DNA from: an uncultured Actinomycetota bacterium | GTDB taxonomy: Bacteria > Actinomycetota > Acidimicrobiia > Spongiisociales > UBA5794 | NCBI GenBank assembly: GCA_963808015.1 | Contig: CAWEEG010000002.1 | Span: 1,114-65,113 of the forward strand | Direction: 5' to 3' | Length of the DNA: 64,000 bases | In this document: one piece after another, positions 25,587 through 37,780 of the stretch | How the letters are laid out: each line of letters begins with the position of its first letter | How positions within the stretch are numbered: position 1 is the stretch's first letter | Translations under genes and position numbers: made by a program | The notes under the pieces: model-generated | Told to the model about the DNA's origin: nothing | Databases searched by the model: none | Seen by the model: the letters and a program-made list of their open reading frames with translations, nothing else

Positions 25587-27707
25587 CCGTGACCAGCACC
25601 ACCTCCCGATCCTGGGCGGAGGGGCCCCCGGCGCTCGATGTGATCCTTTCGTGTGTCGTTCTCTTCGTGCTTGCCGTGGCCCAGCCCCTCCTTGACCTCC
25701 TTGGGCGGAACGCGGGAGTTCTTCCTCGCCCGGGCAACACAGCCGATCGACATCGTTCTTCTCGCTCTTCTTCTGACCATCGGGATACCTGTGATCCTCG
25801 GCTTCGTCGTTGCCGGTGTCCGAAACCTGCATGCATCAACGGGTACCGTCCTGCACTGGATCGTGCTTTCGATCCTGGGGGGCATCCTCGCGCTTCAGGT
25901 CATCTCGCTCACGCCGGGGGCAGGATTCCCGGCATGGCTCGAGATCGTTCTTGCGGGCGGCGCCGGCGTGTTCCTTGCGTTCGCTTTCTACCGCTACGAA
26001 CCACTTCGGTCGGCGGGACGCTTCGCGGCCGTGGCCCCAATCGTGATCCTCGGATTGTTCCTCTTCGGATCCTCGGTGTCGCAACTCATATTCGCATCAG
26101 GCGAGATTGCTCGATCCTCCCAGATTTCCATCGGGAATCCCGCCCCCATTGTGATGCTGGTATTCGACGAGTTCCCGGTCGCCTCGCTCATGGATGGCGA
26201 CGGGAACATCGAAGAGGAGGTCTATCCGGGCTTCGCCCGACTCGCAGCGGACGGAACATGGTTCAGGAATGCCGTCACCGTGCAGCAACAGACGGAATAC
26301 TCGCTTCCCGCCATCCTCTCCGGGAACAACCCACCCACGAACAAGCTGCCCACGGCCGGCGACTACCCGTTTACGATGTTCACGCTGCTGGCGGACTCGT
26401 ACGACCTCAAGGTTCAGGAGGCCGTGACCGACCTTTGCCCTGAGTATGCATGCGAGAACACGAGTCGTCCGGTAGGTTCGATTGCTGAGCGGTGGGACGG
26501 CCTCGTCGACGACCTGAGGATCGTCTCGGGCCACCTGTTCCTGCCCAACGACGTGGCCGACGATCTGCCTCCGATCGACGCAACATGGTCCAACTTCTCC
26601 GGCGGGGGTGTCGAGAACGAGTATGACATTACCGCTCGCTTCCAGGAGTTGACATACTCGACGGATCGCCGCCAGCCGGTCTCCCAGTTCATGCAGAATC
26701 TCGGAACGGTCGGCGATGAACCGCGACTCACGTTCCTCCACACGCTGGTTCCACACGTTCCGTGGACGTACCTTCCGTCGGGACAGACCTACCCGTCGCC
26801 TGACGTGGCCCCGGGAAGTGAAAGCCCTGGTTGGGGCGGTGACGTCTGGCTCGTCGACCAGGCCTACCAACAGCATCTCGCGCAAGTGGGGTACGCCGAC
26901 ACTGTCGTCGGCGAGTTGATCAGCAAACTCGAGCAAGCCGGCCTCTACGACGACACGATGATCGTCGTCATGGCCGATCACGGGATAGCGGTGCGTCCCG
27001 ATATTGAACACCGCCGGGTCGTCACGGAAGAGACGGTCGGGGATATCGCTGCCATTCCGCTCTTCATCAAGCGTCCCCATCATGAAAGCGGTGGGGTCGA
27101 CGACTACCGAGCGGAGACCGTCGACGTTCTGCCTACGATCGCATCCGTTCTCGATGTTGATCTGCCATGGGAGACGGACGGAATCTCCCTGTTCGGGGAT
27201 GACAGACCAGAACGTGTGGAAAGCCGGGTAGCTGGGGATGAAGGCACCATCGTTTTCGGAACCGACGGTTCAGAGGCCAGGGCCGTTGCGGCCCGCAAGA
27301 TCGATCACTTCGGGACGCATGGGCCGTTCGGCCTCGTCCCACCGGGCCACGAAGAGCTGCTCGGCAGGCCAATCGAGGGATTCCCCGTTCAGTCCAACAG
27401 CGACGTCACAGCGACGGTCCGCGACCTCTCAGCGTTCGGAGCCGTCGATCTGGATGGTCCGTTCTTGCCTTCGTGGATCAGTGGTTCGATCCGGAGGACC
27501 GACACCGACGGAAACGACCTTGTCCTCGCGATCGTTGTGAACGGTCGGATCGCGGCGATCACGCGCACCAGTCAAACGGATGACGAGAAGACGACCTACG
27601 GAGCGATGATCCCTCCGGACGCCCTCGTTGACGGGGCGAACGACGTCGATCTCGTGCTGATCCAGGGCGTCGGCCCGGACCGCGAGTTTTCACGGGTAGG
27701 GCTGTGA
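25583..27707 (+). CDS. Membrane-anchored sulfatase-like/alkaline-phosphatase-superfamily protein, frameshifted at the 5' end
   Basis: N-terminal TM segments; IVMLVFDEFP, PHVPW, IVVMADHG. Confidence 0.85.
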
Positions 27708-27822
27708 CGCGGTACGAGCACGACGGAGCTGGGGTTCTGCTGCGGGAACGGCCGGACCAGCGGGGCCGGAGAACGACGAGCGCCGTTGGACCACAGACGC
27801 AGGGGCGATAGGCACTCTGTGA

Positions 27823-28870
27823 TTGAATGGTTTGGTGTTCAGTCCCATCACCACAGAGCGCCTTCTCATCCGCTCGTTCACCGAAGGGGACGCCGACAAC
27901 TTGCACAGTCGGCGTGATGATCCCGAAGTCGCGAGGTACCAGAACTGGGTGACGCCGTATCGGCGTGAGGACACCGAGCAGATCGTTGCCCGCCTGACCG
28001 CCATGGTCGGCCCCGAATTGGGGGAGTGGTGGATGGCGATCGTCGAGGATCGGCACACCGGGGACGTCTACGGGGATCTTGCCCTGCACCTGAGCGACGA
28101 TGGACACACCGCGGAGGTCGGGTACACGTTCGATTCGCGACACTGGGGCAACGGCTACGCAGTCGAGTCGCTCGATGCGCTCCTCGGATATCTCTTCGGA
28201 GAGCTCGACGTTACGAGAGTGTTCGGGATGCTCGATCCGGACAACCCGGCGTCGGCCATCGTGATGGAACGGACGGGGTTCCGGTTCGAGGGCCACACCC
28301 GCAAGTCGTTCTGGCTCGATGGTGAGGTCTCGGACGACTGGTTCTACGGCATGGTCCGAGAGGATTGGGAGGCGTGGCGCAATCGCAAGCGGATGCCACC
28401 CGACGAGGTCCGCCTCGTCGAGATCTCGATCGGGACTCTCGATCAGGTGGTCAAGCTCGAGACACACAGAACCCAGGAGCGGTTCGTTGCTCGTGTGGAC
28501 GAATCGTTTGTTGACGCCCTCTTTCCTGTGATTGTGGACGGCGCACCTGTCGATCCTTGGATGCGCGGCATCGAGGCCGACGGCGAACTCGTTGGATTCG
28601 TGATGCTTGCCCTTCGAACCGAGCGCCATCCCGAGCCGTTGCTGTGGCGATTCCTCATCGACCGTATGCACCAACGCCGAGGCATCGGCGGACGGGCGCT
28701 GGAGCTCGTCGTCGCCGAGTGCCGTGCGATGGGTGACACGACCCTGGTCACGAGCTGGACTGAAGGGAAAGGATCTCCTCGTCCGTTCTATGAAGGCCAC
28801 GGCTTCGTCGCAACCGGCCGGATTGTCGATGGGGAAACGGAGGCGCGGAAGGTGCTTCGGGATTCGGCCG
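27823..28870 (+). CDS. Tandem GNAT acetyltransferase (RimJ/RimL-like domain plus a second GNAT domain); 3' end uncertain
   Basis: AEVGYTFDSRHWGNGYA...NPASAIVMERTGF; second domain LWRFLIDRMHQRRGIG. Confidence 0.85.
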
Positions 28871-28972
28871 ATGGGCGGCTGGGGAGCTCGGGCGTCGGCA
28901 ATAGCGTGTCGGCGTTCGGGGTCGCGGTTGTAACGGTCTATTGGTCGCGCCGTGACGGGTGGAGTCCCGCCA

Positions 28973-29149
28973 ATGAAGAGCTCGATCGGCGCCATCATTC
29001 TGCAATTGCTGGGCGGGATCATCCCGTTTGCCATCTTCCACTGGGGATTTGGCATCAGTATCTGGCTGTCGATCGTGCTCGCGGTGCTGGTCGTCGGCAT
29101 CTTCATGACGGCCTGGGAGGGATACCTCAGGACGAAGGACCCCGTCTAG
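28973..29149 (+). CDS. Small membrane protein
   Basis: MKSSIGAIILQLLGGIIPFAIFHWGFGISIWLSIVLAVLVVGIF... Confidence 0.55.
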   Translation: MKSSIGAIILQLLGGIIPFAIFHWGFGISIWLSIVLAVLVVGIFMTAWEGYLRTKDPV

Positions 29150-29239
29150 GCGAGTCCGGCTCACGACCCACCAAACACTCGACGGTCGGGAGACTGTCTT
29201 CGTTCTGCATGGCGGACGTCGCCGATCTAGGGTCTTAGC

Positions 29240-30737
29240 ATGGAGAAACTTGAGAACCTGACCCCCGGGATGCCGATCGTCTGGGGAGGAAACCGTGTCA
29301 CCCGTGTGAGCGACGAACTTGCCGCCGCATTCGTGCCCGGCGACTCGTTGATCGTGATGCAGACAGACGGAACCCTGCTCCACGTGCCTGCCGCCGAGCA
29401 ACAGGTCGCAACGGAAGCCGTCGATGCAGCCGCCACTGCATTCGATCAGATGGGAGGCGTGAGCGACGCCAAGATCTCGGATTTCTACGAGCTCTTCGCG
29501 TCAACTCTGGCCGACGACACCTCATTCGCCCCCATCGCGGCAGCCAACCGATCGACGTCGCCAGAGCGAAGTCACGCGGACGTTCCGCTACCCGACTCGT
29601 CCTGACCGATCGGATGCGGGCGGACATGATCGACGGGCTTCGTTCGTGGAGCAAGGCGCCGGGGGGCCGTGGGTCGGTCATCGAATCGATCAACACGAGG
29701 GCTGGCGGGTTGATCAGGTCCGAGACGGTCTCGGAGTAGTCGGGTTCGTCTTTGAGGGTCGGCCAAATGTCTTCGCCGACGCTGCCGGTGTTTTGAGGAG
29801 CGGGAACACGGTGGTATTCCGGATCGGGTCGGATGCGCTCGGCACGGCCAGGGCGATTGTCGAGCACGCACTCCGTCCGGCGTTGGCCTTGACGGGACTT
29901 CCGCCGGGTGCCGCCGTGCTGGTCGACAGCGCAGCCCACGCATCGGCATGGGCGATGTTCTCGGACCCGAGATTGGCGCTCGCAGTCGCCCGTGGATCCG
30001 GCGCCGCCACAGAGCAGCTCGGTGCTGTCGCCCGTCAGGCGGGCAACTCGGTCAGCCTGCACGGAACCGGCGGCGCCTGGATCGTTGCCGGAGCGCAGGC
30101 CGACACCGAGGCGTTCGGCTGCCGCGGTGTATCACTCGCTCGACCGCAAGGTCTGCAACACCCTCAATACATGCTGCATCGTTGCGGAGCGAGCGGACGA
30201 TCTCGTGCCGGTGTTCCTCGACGCCCTCGAACGGGCCGGCGAGCGGCGAGGAGTCCAACCGAAGCTCCATGTCCTCGAGTCGTCGGTCGGTGCCGTCCCG
30301 AAGGCCTGGTTCGCCCGCCGGGTCGCGATCGCCAGAGCCGACGGTGAACACGAAGAACGACAGGCCGAACCGATCGCGGAGAGCGGGCTTGGGACCGAGT
30401 GGGAGTGGGAGGAGAGCCCCGAGGTCACGCTCGCCGTCGTCCCTTCGGCCGATCAAGCCGTCGACTGGTTCAACCGCTACAGCCCTCGGTTCATCGCCTC
30501 GCTCATCTCGGAGGACGCCGGAGAGCAGGATCGGTTCTTCGAACTCGTGGATGCGCCGTTCGTCGGCAACGGCTTCACCCGCTGGGTCGACGGCCAGTAC
30601 GCCCTCGACAAGCCGGAGCTCGGCCTGTCGAACTGGGAACATGGTCGCTTTTCGGTCGCGGGGGGATTCTCTCCGGCGATTCGGTGTACACCGTTCGATC
30701 GCGGGTCATCCAGGAGGAGCCCGACATCGGCCGTTGA
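29240..30737 (+). CDS. proA: Glutamate-5-semialdehyde dehydrogenase-like (ProA family aldehyde dehydrogenase), multiply frameshifted
   Basis: LGVVGFVFEGRPNVF, KVCNTLN, VGNGFTRWVDG...ELGLSN across ORFs 29240, 29646, 29908 and 30399. Confidence 0.7.
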
Positions 30738-30774
30738 GGCGTTTCGCTTCTCCGGGGACGGTGCCCGTCCGTGG

Positions 30775-30881
30775 ATTCCGCGGGCTGGTGGCGCCGTATG
30801 CAGGGTGGAGAACCCTGGGTTCGCAGCGCCACGCCATTCCGCGGGCTGGGGGCGCCGTATACGGGGTGGAGAACCCTGGGT
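30775..30881. repeat. Two 46-bp direct repeats (30775-30820, 30836-30881) between the convergent proA and leuS genes
   Basis: ATTCCGCGGGCTGG(T/G)GGCGCCGTAT(GCA/ACG)GGGTGGAGAACCCTGGGT. Confidence 0.8.
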
Positions 30882-30889
30882 ACGTGGTT

Positions 30890-33638
30890 CTAGGTCAGGA
30901 CGATGTTGACCAGGTTCGGTGGTCTGGCGATGACCTTGCGGACTTCGCCCTTGGCAAGCCATTCCTGAATTCGTTCGGCCCCCATCGCTGCAGCGACGGC
31001 CGCCTCCTCATCGATGTCCGGCGGGACCTCGACGCGGTCGCGGACCTTGCCGTTGACCTGCACCACCAGCGTGACCGTCTGGTCGGCTGCCGCATCGGGA
31101 TCGGACTCAGGCCAGGGCTGCAGATGGACGCTCTCGCTGTTTCCGCGCCGCGACCAGAGCTCTTCCGTGATGTGCGGAGCGATCGGAGCGAGCAGCACCA
31201 GCAGCATGTCAACCGCCTCGTTCCAGACGTCGAGCGACACCGATGCGGTCCGTCGTGCTTCGAGCAGGTTGTTGCGAAGTGTCATGAGCGCCGCGACGGC
31301 AGTGTTCCACTTGAACGCCTCCATGTCGCGGTCGACCTTGTCGATCGTCTGGTGGGCTGCTCGCCGCAGCGTGGCCGACGCCTCGGCGGAAACCTCGCCG
31401 GGCTGGTAGTCGGTGGTGCCGATCTTCCAGACATCGTCGATGAAGCGGCGTGCGCCGGCGATCCCGCGAGAGTCCCAGGGTCCGCCCTTCTCCCAATCGA
31501 AAGCGAACATCAGGTAGAGGCGCACGGTGTCGGCGCCGTAGCGCTCGACGAGTTCGTCCGGGTTGACGACGTTGCCCTTCGATTTCGACATCCGCTGGAC
31601 ATCAAGATGGTGCCGAAGTTGCGTGACGTCGTTGATTCCGTCGATGCCGGGGACGTCGACTTCTGCCTCCTCAGGGACCTCGACGGTGACGATCCCGTCG
31701 GCAGCCTCGACCTGCAACGTCCGTTCGGTCCGACGCATGAGTTGGCCGACCACGGGAGCGGCGTCGTCCGGCGCATGGTCGTCGACGCGCACCGACTCTG
31801 CGACGAACCGTTCATCGACCCATTCGCCGGCGATGACGAGCCGGTCGCCGGGGCGCTCCTCTCCGAGGATCTGGCCCTGGTTGCGCAGCTGCATCATGGG
31901 CTCATCGAACAGGCCTTCGGGATCGCGCTCGTGTTCCTCCATCACTCGGATGGTGTCCTCGAACACGCCAAGATCGCGCATCGCCTTCGTGAAGAAGCGG
32001 GTGTAGAGCAGATGCATCGTGGCGTGCTCCGCCCCACCCGTGTAGGTGTCGATCGGGAGCCAATAGGCCGCCTCCTCGGGGTCGAACAGCGCCTCATCGA
32101 AATGCGGGGACAGATATCGATACGGGTACCACGACGAACACATGAACGTGTCCATCGTGTCGCTCTCACGGCGTGCCGGGCGGCCTTCTGAGTCTGTTGT
32201 GTTCAGGAACGCCTCATCGGTAGCGAGAGGGCTCGGCCCTCCGCTGAACGCCGGCGCTTCGGGGAGCAGAACCGGAAGATCACTCGCGGGCTCAACCGTT
32301 CCGTCTTCCCGATACACCATGGGAATTGGCGTGCCCCAGTAGCGCTGGCGTGAGATCAGCCAGTCGCGCATGCGGTAGTTGACCGCCTCCGATCCAGCGC
32401 CGTTCTCCTCGAGCCAGTCGATCGCCGCAGCAACAGACGGGTTGGCACGACCCTTCGCATCGGTTGTCTCAACACCATTGATCGGGCCGCTGTCGACCAT
32501 CGTCCCCGGTCCGACGTAGGCCTCGGTCATCGTGGCGCCGTCGAGGGGTTGCTCGCCGGCCGGCTGGATCACTGGAACTACCGGGAGGTCGAACTGGCGA
32601 GCGAAGGCGAAGTCACGTTCGTCATGCGCCGGCACCGCCATGATCGCTCCCGACCCGTACGACAGGAGGACATAGTCGGCGATCCACACGCGGGATCGGC
32701 TTACCGTTGACCGGGTTGATGGCAAATCCGCCCGTGAACACGCCCGTCTTCTCACGGTCGGCCTCCATTCGTTCGAGTTCCGAACGGCCTGCTGCCGCGG
32801 TGCGATACGCGTCGACTGATTCACGATGTGCATCGTCGGTCAGCGTGTCTACAAGAGGGTGTTCGGGTGCGAGCACCATGAACGTTGCCCCCCACAACGT
32901 GTCGGGTCGTGTGGTGAAGACGGGGATCTCGGCTCCGGATTCGGTTGCGAATACGACGTCGGCGCCTTCGGAACGGCCGATCCAGTTCGTCTGCATCGCC
33001 TTGACGGGTTCCGGCCAGTCGATCTCCGAGAAGTCCAGCAACTCGTCGGCGTAGTTCGTGATCGCAAAGAACCACTGGGCCATCTTCTTCTGAATCACCG
33101 GCTGACCGGTGCGTTCGTCCTTGCCGTCAATGACCTGCTCGTTCGCGAGCACAGTCTCGAGCGTCGGGGACCAGTTGACGATGGCCTCGCCGCGATAGGC
33201 AATTTCGCCCTCGAAGAAGCGCCGGAAGAGCCACTCCGTCCACTGGTAGTACTCTGGATCGCACGACACCATCTCCCGTTCCCAGTCGTACATCGCTCCC
33301 ATCGAGCGGAGCTGGCGCCGCATCCTGTCGATGTTGTCCCACGTCCAGTCGGCAGGATGTACGTTGCGTTGGACCGCAGCGTTTTCGGCGGGAAGGCCGA
33401 ACGCGTCGAATCCCATCGGGAAGAGCACGTTGTAGCCCTTCATCCGCAGGTACCGAGCCCTGGCGTCGGACGGCGTCATCGCATACCAATGGCCCATGTG
33501 GAGGTCACCGGACGGGTAGGGGAGCATGGTGAGCGCGTAGTACTTCGGGCGGTCCCAATCCACAACGGAGCGGTAGAGGCCTTCCTCGCTCCATCGGTCC
33601 TGCCAGTACTGCTCAGTGGTTCTGTGGTCGTATGCCAT
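30890..33638 (-). CDS. leuS: Leucine--tRNA ligase, frameshift near 32700
   Basis: MLPYPSGDLHMGH, DWLISRQRYWGTPIP, YTGGAEHA, RMSKSKGNVV. Confidence 0.97.
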
Positions 33639-33795
33639 GTTCCGTTCCGGTCTGGTGAAGGGGCAATGGTAGGGAAGTCACAGGTGCAAGTGAGAACCAA
33701 GAGCGAGATCCGAGACTTGAGACAGAGGCACGAGACGGCACAATTCGGTGGTGGGCGATATCGTTCTTTGCTATGAGAACTCGAGGGATCGGGAT

Positions 33796-34162
33796 GGATG
33801 TGGCGTTGCGTCGGAGCGGGGCTGGGTCCGGACGTGGTGCGATTGGCCTCCGTCACCGTCCGGCCGGTTCCTTCGTGGCTCGCCAGATTGTGGGGGAGGG
33901 GGACGGAGGCGATGACCGTCCGGAACATCATCTTCGCTTCGCAATCGGCGCTCGAACGCATCGCGTGACGGCGATGCTCTCGTCCTGCTCTCGCATGAGG
34001 CGGTCCACGTCGAGCAGTGGCGGGAACTACGGCGTCGTCGGCTTCCTGGTGCGCTACCTCGGCGATTACCTCCGTGGACGGGCCCTGGGTTTGCCCCACC
34101 ACGTCGCCTACCGTGCCATCCGATTCGAGCGCGAGGCTGTGGAACGATCGGAACGAAGATGA
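33796..34162 (+). CDS. Small HExxH metallopeptidase-like protein (DUF4157-like), frameshifted
   Basis: Manual reading gives LSHEAVHVEQW in one frame and YGVVGFLVRYLGDYLRGR...YRAIRFEREA in another. Confidence 0.55.
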
Positions 34163-34931
34163 GCGACTACCTCCAGGACGTGGAGTGGAGCCTGCCGCAG
34201 GCGCTCTACGTCTTCATCGCCGGCATCTTCGGCGCGTTCATCACCACCGCCGGCGTCCTCATCTTCATGGGACCCGAACTGAATGTTGTTGCGTTCACTG
34301 CGTCATTCGCCGGGCAGGCCGGCGGGAACCTGATCGCCATGTGGATTCTCTCGATCTCCAGGGGCACGGGGAGCTTCCGGCGCGACTTCGGCCTCACGAT
34401 CGAGCTCAAACACTGGTGGGGTATTCCTGCCGGGTTCGGGCTCCAGATCGCCGTCGTCCTGGTAACAGCGCCGCTTCTCGAACTGCTGTTCCCGGATGGC
34501 GCCCCGCAGCAGGAGGTGGCCTCGCTCACCGAGGACACGACGACCCTCGTCGAGCGGCTTCTGATCGTCGTCATGGTCGGGGTGGCGGCCCCGGTTGTCG
34601 AGGAGATGCTGTTCCGAGGCATGTTGCTCTCCCGGCTGGTCCGGTCGATGTCGCCGATGTGGGCGGTGGTGGTCCAGGCTGCTCTGTTTGCAGCGGATAC
34701 ATCTCCTCGATCCGAGCGCAATTGCTGCGCTGCCCGGGCTCATGATCATCGGCGCTCGTGCTCGGGTACGCGGCGATTCGGACGGGGAACCTCTCACTCC
34801 CGATCATGCTGCACGCCGGCGTGAACCTCACGGCGGCTATTGCGCTGATGTTCGGCGCCGAACTCACCGACTGGCTGGAAGAGGTCGCCGAGTCCGGCGG
34901 CGTTGAGGCCCTGGTGAAGCTCTTCGTCTGA
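34159..34931 (+). CDS. CPBP (Abi/CAAX) family intramembrane metalloprotease
   Basis: APVVEEMLFRG motif with multiple TM segments; frameshifted C-terminus. Confidence 0.85.
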
Positions 34932-34999
34932 TAGAGGTCTTCCGTTCGCTGCCTCAACCTGATACATATGTCGGCGTGGCGCATCGCAAATGGGAGGCG

Positions 35000-35560
35000 A
35001 TGTGCCAACAGAGAATCTCCGAGTTCGGGTCGATTGTGGTGGTGGTCGCACTCATGCTTGCCATCGGAGCGGGCGTGTGGTTCGGGTCACGCAGCACCAC
35101 GCCCGATGTACTCGCCGCAACCGGCGGAGTTTCGTACACCACGGTTCCTGAGGCGATCGTGGTTCACGTATCGGGTGCCGTGAATCGGCCCGGGCTGGTC
35201 ACCGTTCCCTCGTCGGCCCGTGTCGCCGACGCGATCGCCGGTGCAGGAGGTGCAGCAACCGGTGCCGACCTCGCGAGCCTGAATCTCGCATCGTCGGTGC
35301 GAGACGGCGATCAGATCGTCGTGCCGCTGGTCGGCGCTGCAGCGACACCCGGTGCGGCTATTGATCGGGGGATCGACCTGAACCACGCGACCGCTGCGGA
35401 GCTCGAGAGTCTCCCGGGTGTCGGGCCCGTGTTGGCGGGCCGGATCGTCGCCTACCGGGATCTCCACGGTCCGTTCGCGGCCGTCGAAGACCTGATGGAC
35501 GTTGGCGGTATCGGCGAAGCGAAGCTCGCTGCGATGCGCGACTCGATAGCGGCTCCGTAG
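35000..35560 (+). CDS. comEA: Competence protein ComEA (SLBB plus helix-hairpin-helix)
   Basis: VHVSGAVNRPG...LNLA; IDLNHATAAELESLPGVGPVLA. Confidence 0.93.
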   Translation: MCQQRISEFGSIVVVVALMLAIGAGVWFGSRSTTPDVLAATGGVSYTTVPEAIVVHVSGAVNRPGLVTVPSSARVADAIAGAGGAATGADLASLNLASSVRDGDQIVVPLVGAAATPGAAIDRGIDLNHATAAELESLPGVGPVLAGRIVAYRDLHGPFAAVEDLMDVGGIGEAKLAAMRDSIAAP

Positions 35561-37683
35561 GTGCGGTCTCCTTCCCGGGCCGGATGGTGGGCGCTGGCCG
35601 CTGCTGCGGTGATCTGGACGGGAGCGCTGCTGGGCCTGCGTTTCGGGTTCGCTGTGGCCGTCGTATGTGCGGTGGTGGCCGCGGTCGTTGCGTTCCGTTG
35701 GCCGGCAGCCTCCGTGCTCATCGTCCTTCTCATAGCCGGTGCATTGTCCGGAAATCCTCGCGGCAGGTCGGATCGCCGCGACCCTGGAAGCCGATATTCC
35801 GACTGGGCCGATCGAGTTCGTCGGTGTTGTGGCCGAAGACGACGGACCCCGAAGGCCGGCCGTTGTGGGCCCGGAGGCTCTCCGAGATGCCGGCGGGTGG
35901 AAGCCGTGGGCTGGGCCCGCCATCGGTGTCGGACCCGACGCTGGAGACGCCCCTGGTCGCCGGTCAGCGCGTTCGAATCGTCGGCACGTCGAGAAGCGTT
36001 CCCGGCCGAATCCGTGGAGATCCGATCGCGGGACGGGTCACGATCTCGGACGTTGAAGTGCTCGGGACCGGCGGCGGCCCGTTGTTCACCATCGGCAACG
36101 CAGTTCGTGACCGCGTTCGATCGGTGCTCGATATCGGCCGACGCTCCGAGGCTCTGGTCGCCGGATTCCTGATTGGTGACACGTCGGGCCTCAGCGCCCG
36201 TGATCTCGACGCGCTACGCCGCTCGGGCCTCACTCACTTCGTCGCGGTATCCGGGAGCAACGTTGCCCTCTTCCTCGCCGCATGGTGGGTTCTCACCGCT
36301 GTCGTGGGCATTGGACCGATGCGTCGCTTCGTCGTGGGCATCGTCGGGTTGGGGATCTTCGTGGTCGCCACCCGCTGGGAGGCGTCGGTGCTGCGGGCGG
36401 CCGTCATGGCGGCAACCGTGCTCGGTGCGGCTGCAAGCGGCATCGTCGTGGATACGTGGGTTGCGATCGGCGTTGCGGTTGGTGTGCTCCTGCTCTTGAG
36501 CGGCCAATTGGCCGCTGACGTTGGTTTCCAACTGTCGGTCGCCGCGACGATCGGCATCATGATCGGATCGGGGGTGTTTGCCGATCGGCGACCGAAGGCG
36601 TTGTGGGCCACGCTTGGGGCGGCAACGGCTGCTCAGGTTGCCGTCGTACCGGTACTGCTTCTCCATTTCGGGACGGTCCCGTTGATGTCGCCGATCGCGA
36701 ACCTGCTCTCAGCTCCGCTGGTGACCGGTGCGACGGTGACGGGGGCGATCGCGGTGGTGATCGGGTGGGGACCGGCGGTCGCTGTGTCATCGGCTCTCGC
36801 CGGTGCCGTGCTCGGCATTGCCGATGTGGCGGCCCGGTGGCCGCAGCTTGGTCTCGCCGGTGTGGCTCACGGCATCCGGAGCTGCGGCCCTGATCCGACT
36901 GAAGCGAACGCGGCCCGTGGCCGTCGCGGGCCTCGCCGTCGTTCTTGCCGTGTCCGTGCTTGTTCCGAGCCGCCCACCGAATGTCCCGACGGTGACGTTC
37001 CTCGATGTCGGGCAAGGAGACTCGGTGCTCCTCCGTGACCCCTCCGGCCGGGTCGTGCTTGTCGACGGCGGACGCGACCCGCTCGTCCTTGGCGAGGCGC
37101 TTCGACGGCATCACATCGGAAGAGTCGATCTCCTCGTGGGCACACATGGCGATGTCGACCACGTCGGCGGGTTCGAAGGAATCTTCAACGACCACTCCGT
37201 GGGGAGGTTGTGGGTTCCCGACCATCCCGATCAGGGCATGGAGATGGAGGATCTCGTCGAAGCGGCACTCGTCGCAGGTGTGCCCGTCGATCGGGTGCAG
37301 CCGGGTATCTCGTACACGTTCGGTTCCATCAGAATCGAGGCGCTGGGGCCGAGACGGAGGTACGCCGCTCGAAACGACGGTTCGGTCGTGTTGTGGGTGG
37401 TAGCGGAACAGACCCTGCTCCTGCCGGGAGACATCGGGGTTGTCGCACAACGGGAGCTGCCACCACTCCGGCCGGACATCCTCCTGGTCCCGCACCACGG
37501 GTCATCGTCGACTGATCCGTCTTGGCTCGCGGCCACTGTTGAGCCGTCGCGGTCATCAGCGTCGGGCCGAACACCTACGGCCACCCGACGCCGGAGATCT
37601 TGAACGTTCTGAACGAGGCCGGAGCCGACGTCAGGATCACGATGGAGGAGGGAGACGTGTCACTCGAACTCGATGCACCCTGA
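35561..37683 (+). CDS. comEC: DNA uptake channel ComEC/Rec2 with metallo-beta-lactamase domain, frameshifted
   Basis: GLTHFVAVSGSN, GFQLSVAAT, FLDVGQGDS, THGDVDHVGG, VPHHGS. Confidence 0.9.
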
Positions 37684-37780
37684 TTTGCGCAATGTCGGCC
37701 GCGTGGGGAGACTCACTGCAGAGGTTTCGCCGTCGGTAGCGGGAAGCCCTGCACATGAAGAGCCGATCAAGGAGCACACC

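Noticed and set aside
29948-32191. Long ORFs 29948-32191 (+), 27559-29106 (-), 43111-44739 (-), 45606-47060 (-), 37637-38839 (-) and similar
   Set aside because: They are antisense or alternative-frame shadows of well-supported genes in high-GC DNA, with no recognisable motifs.
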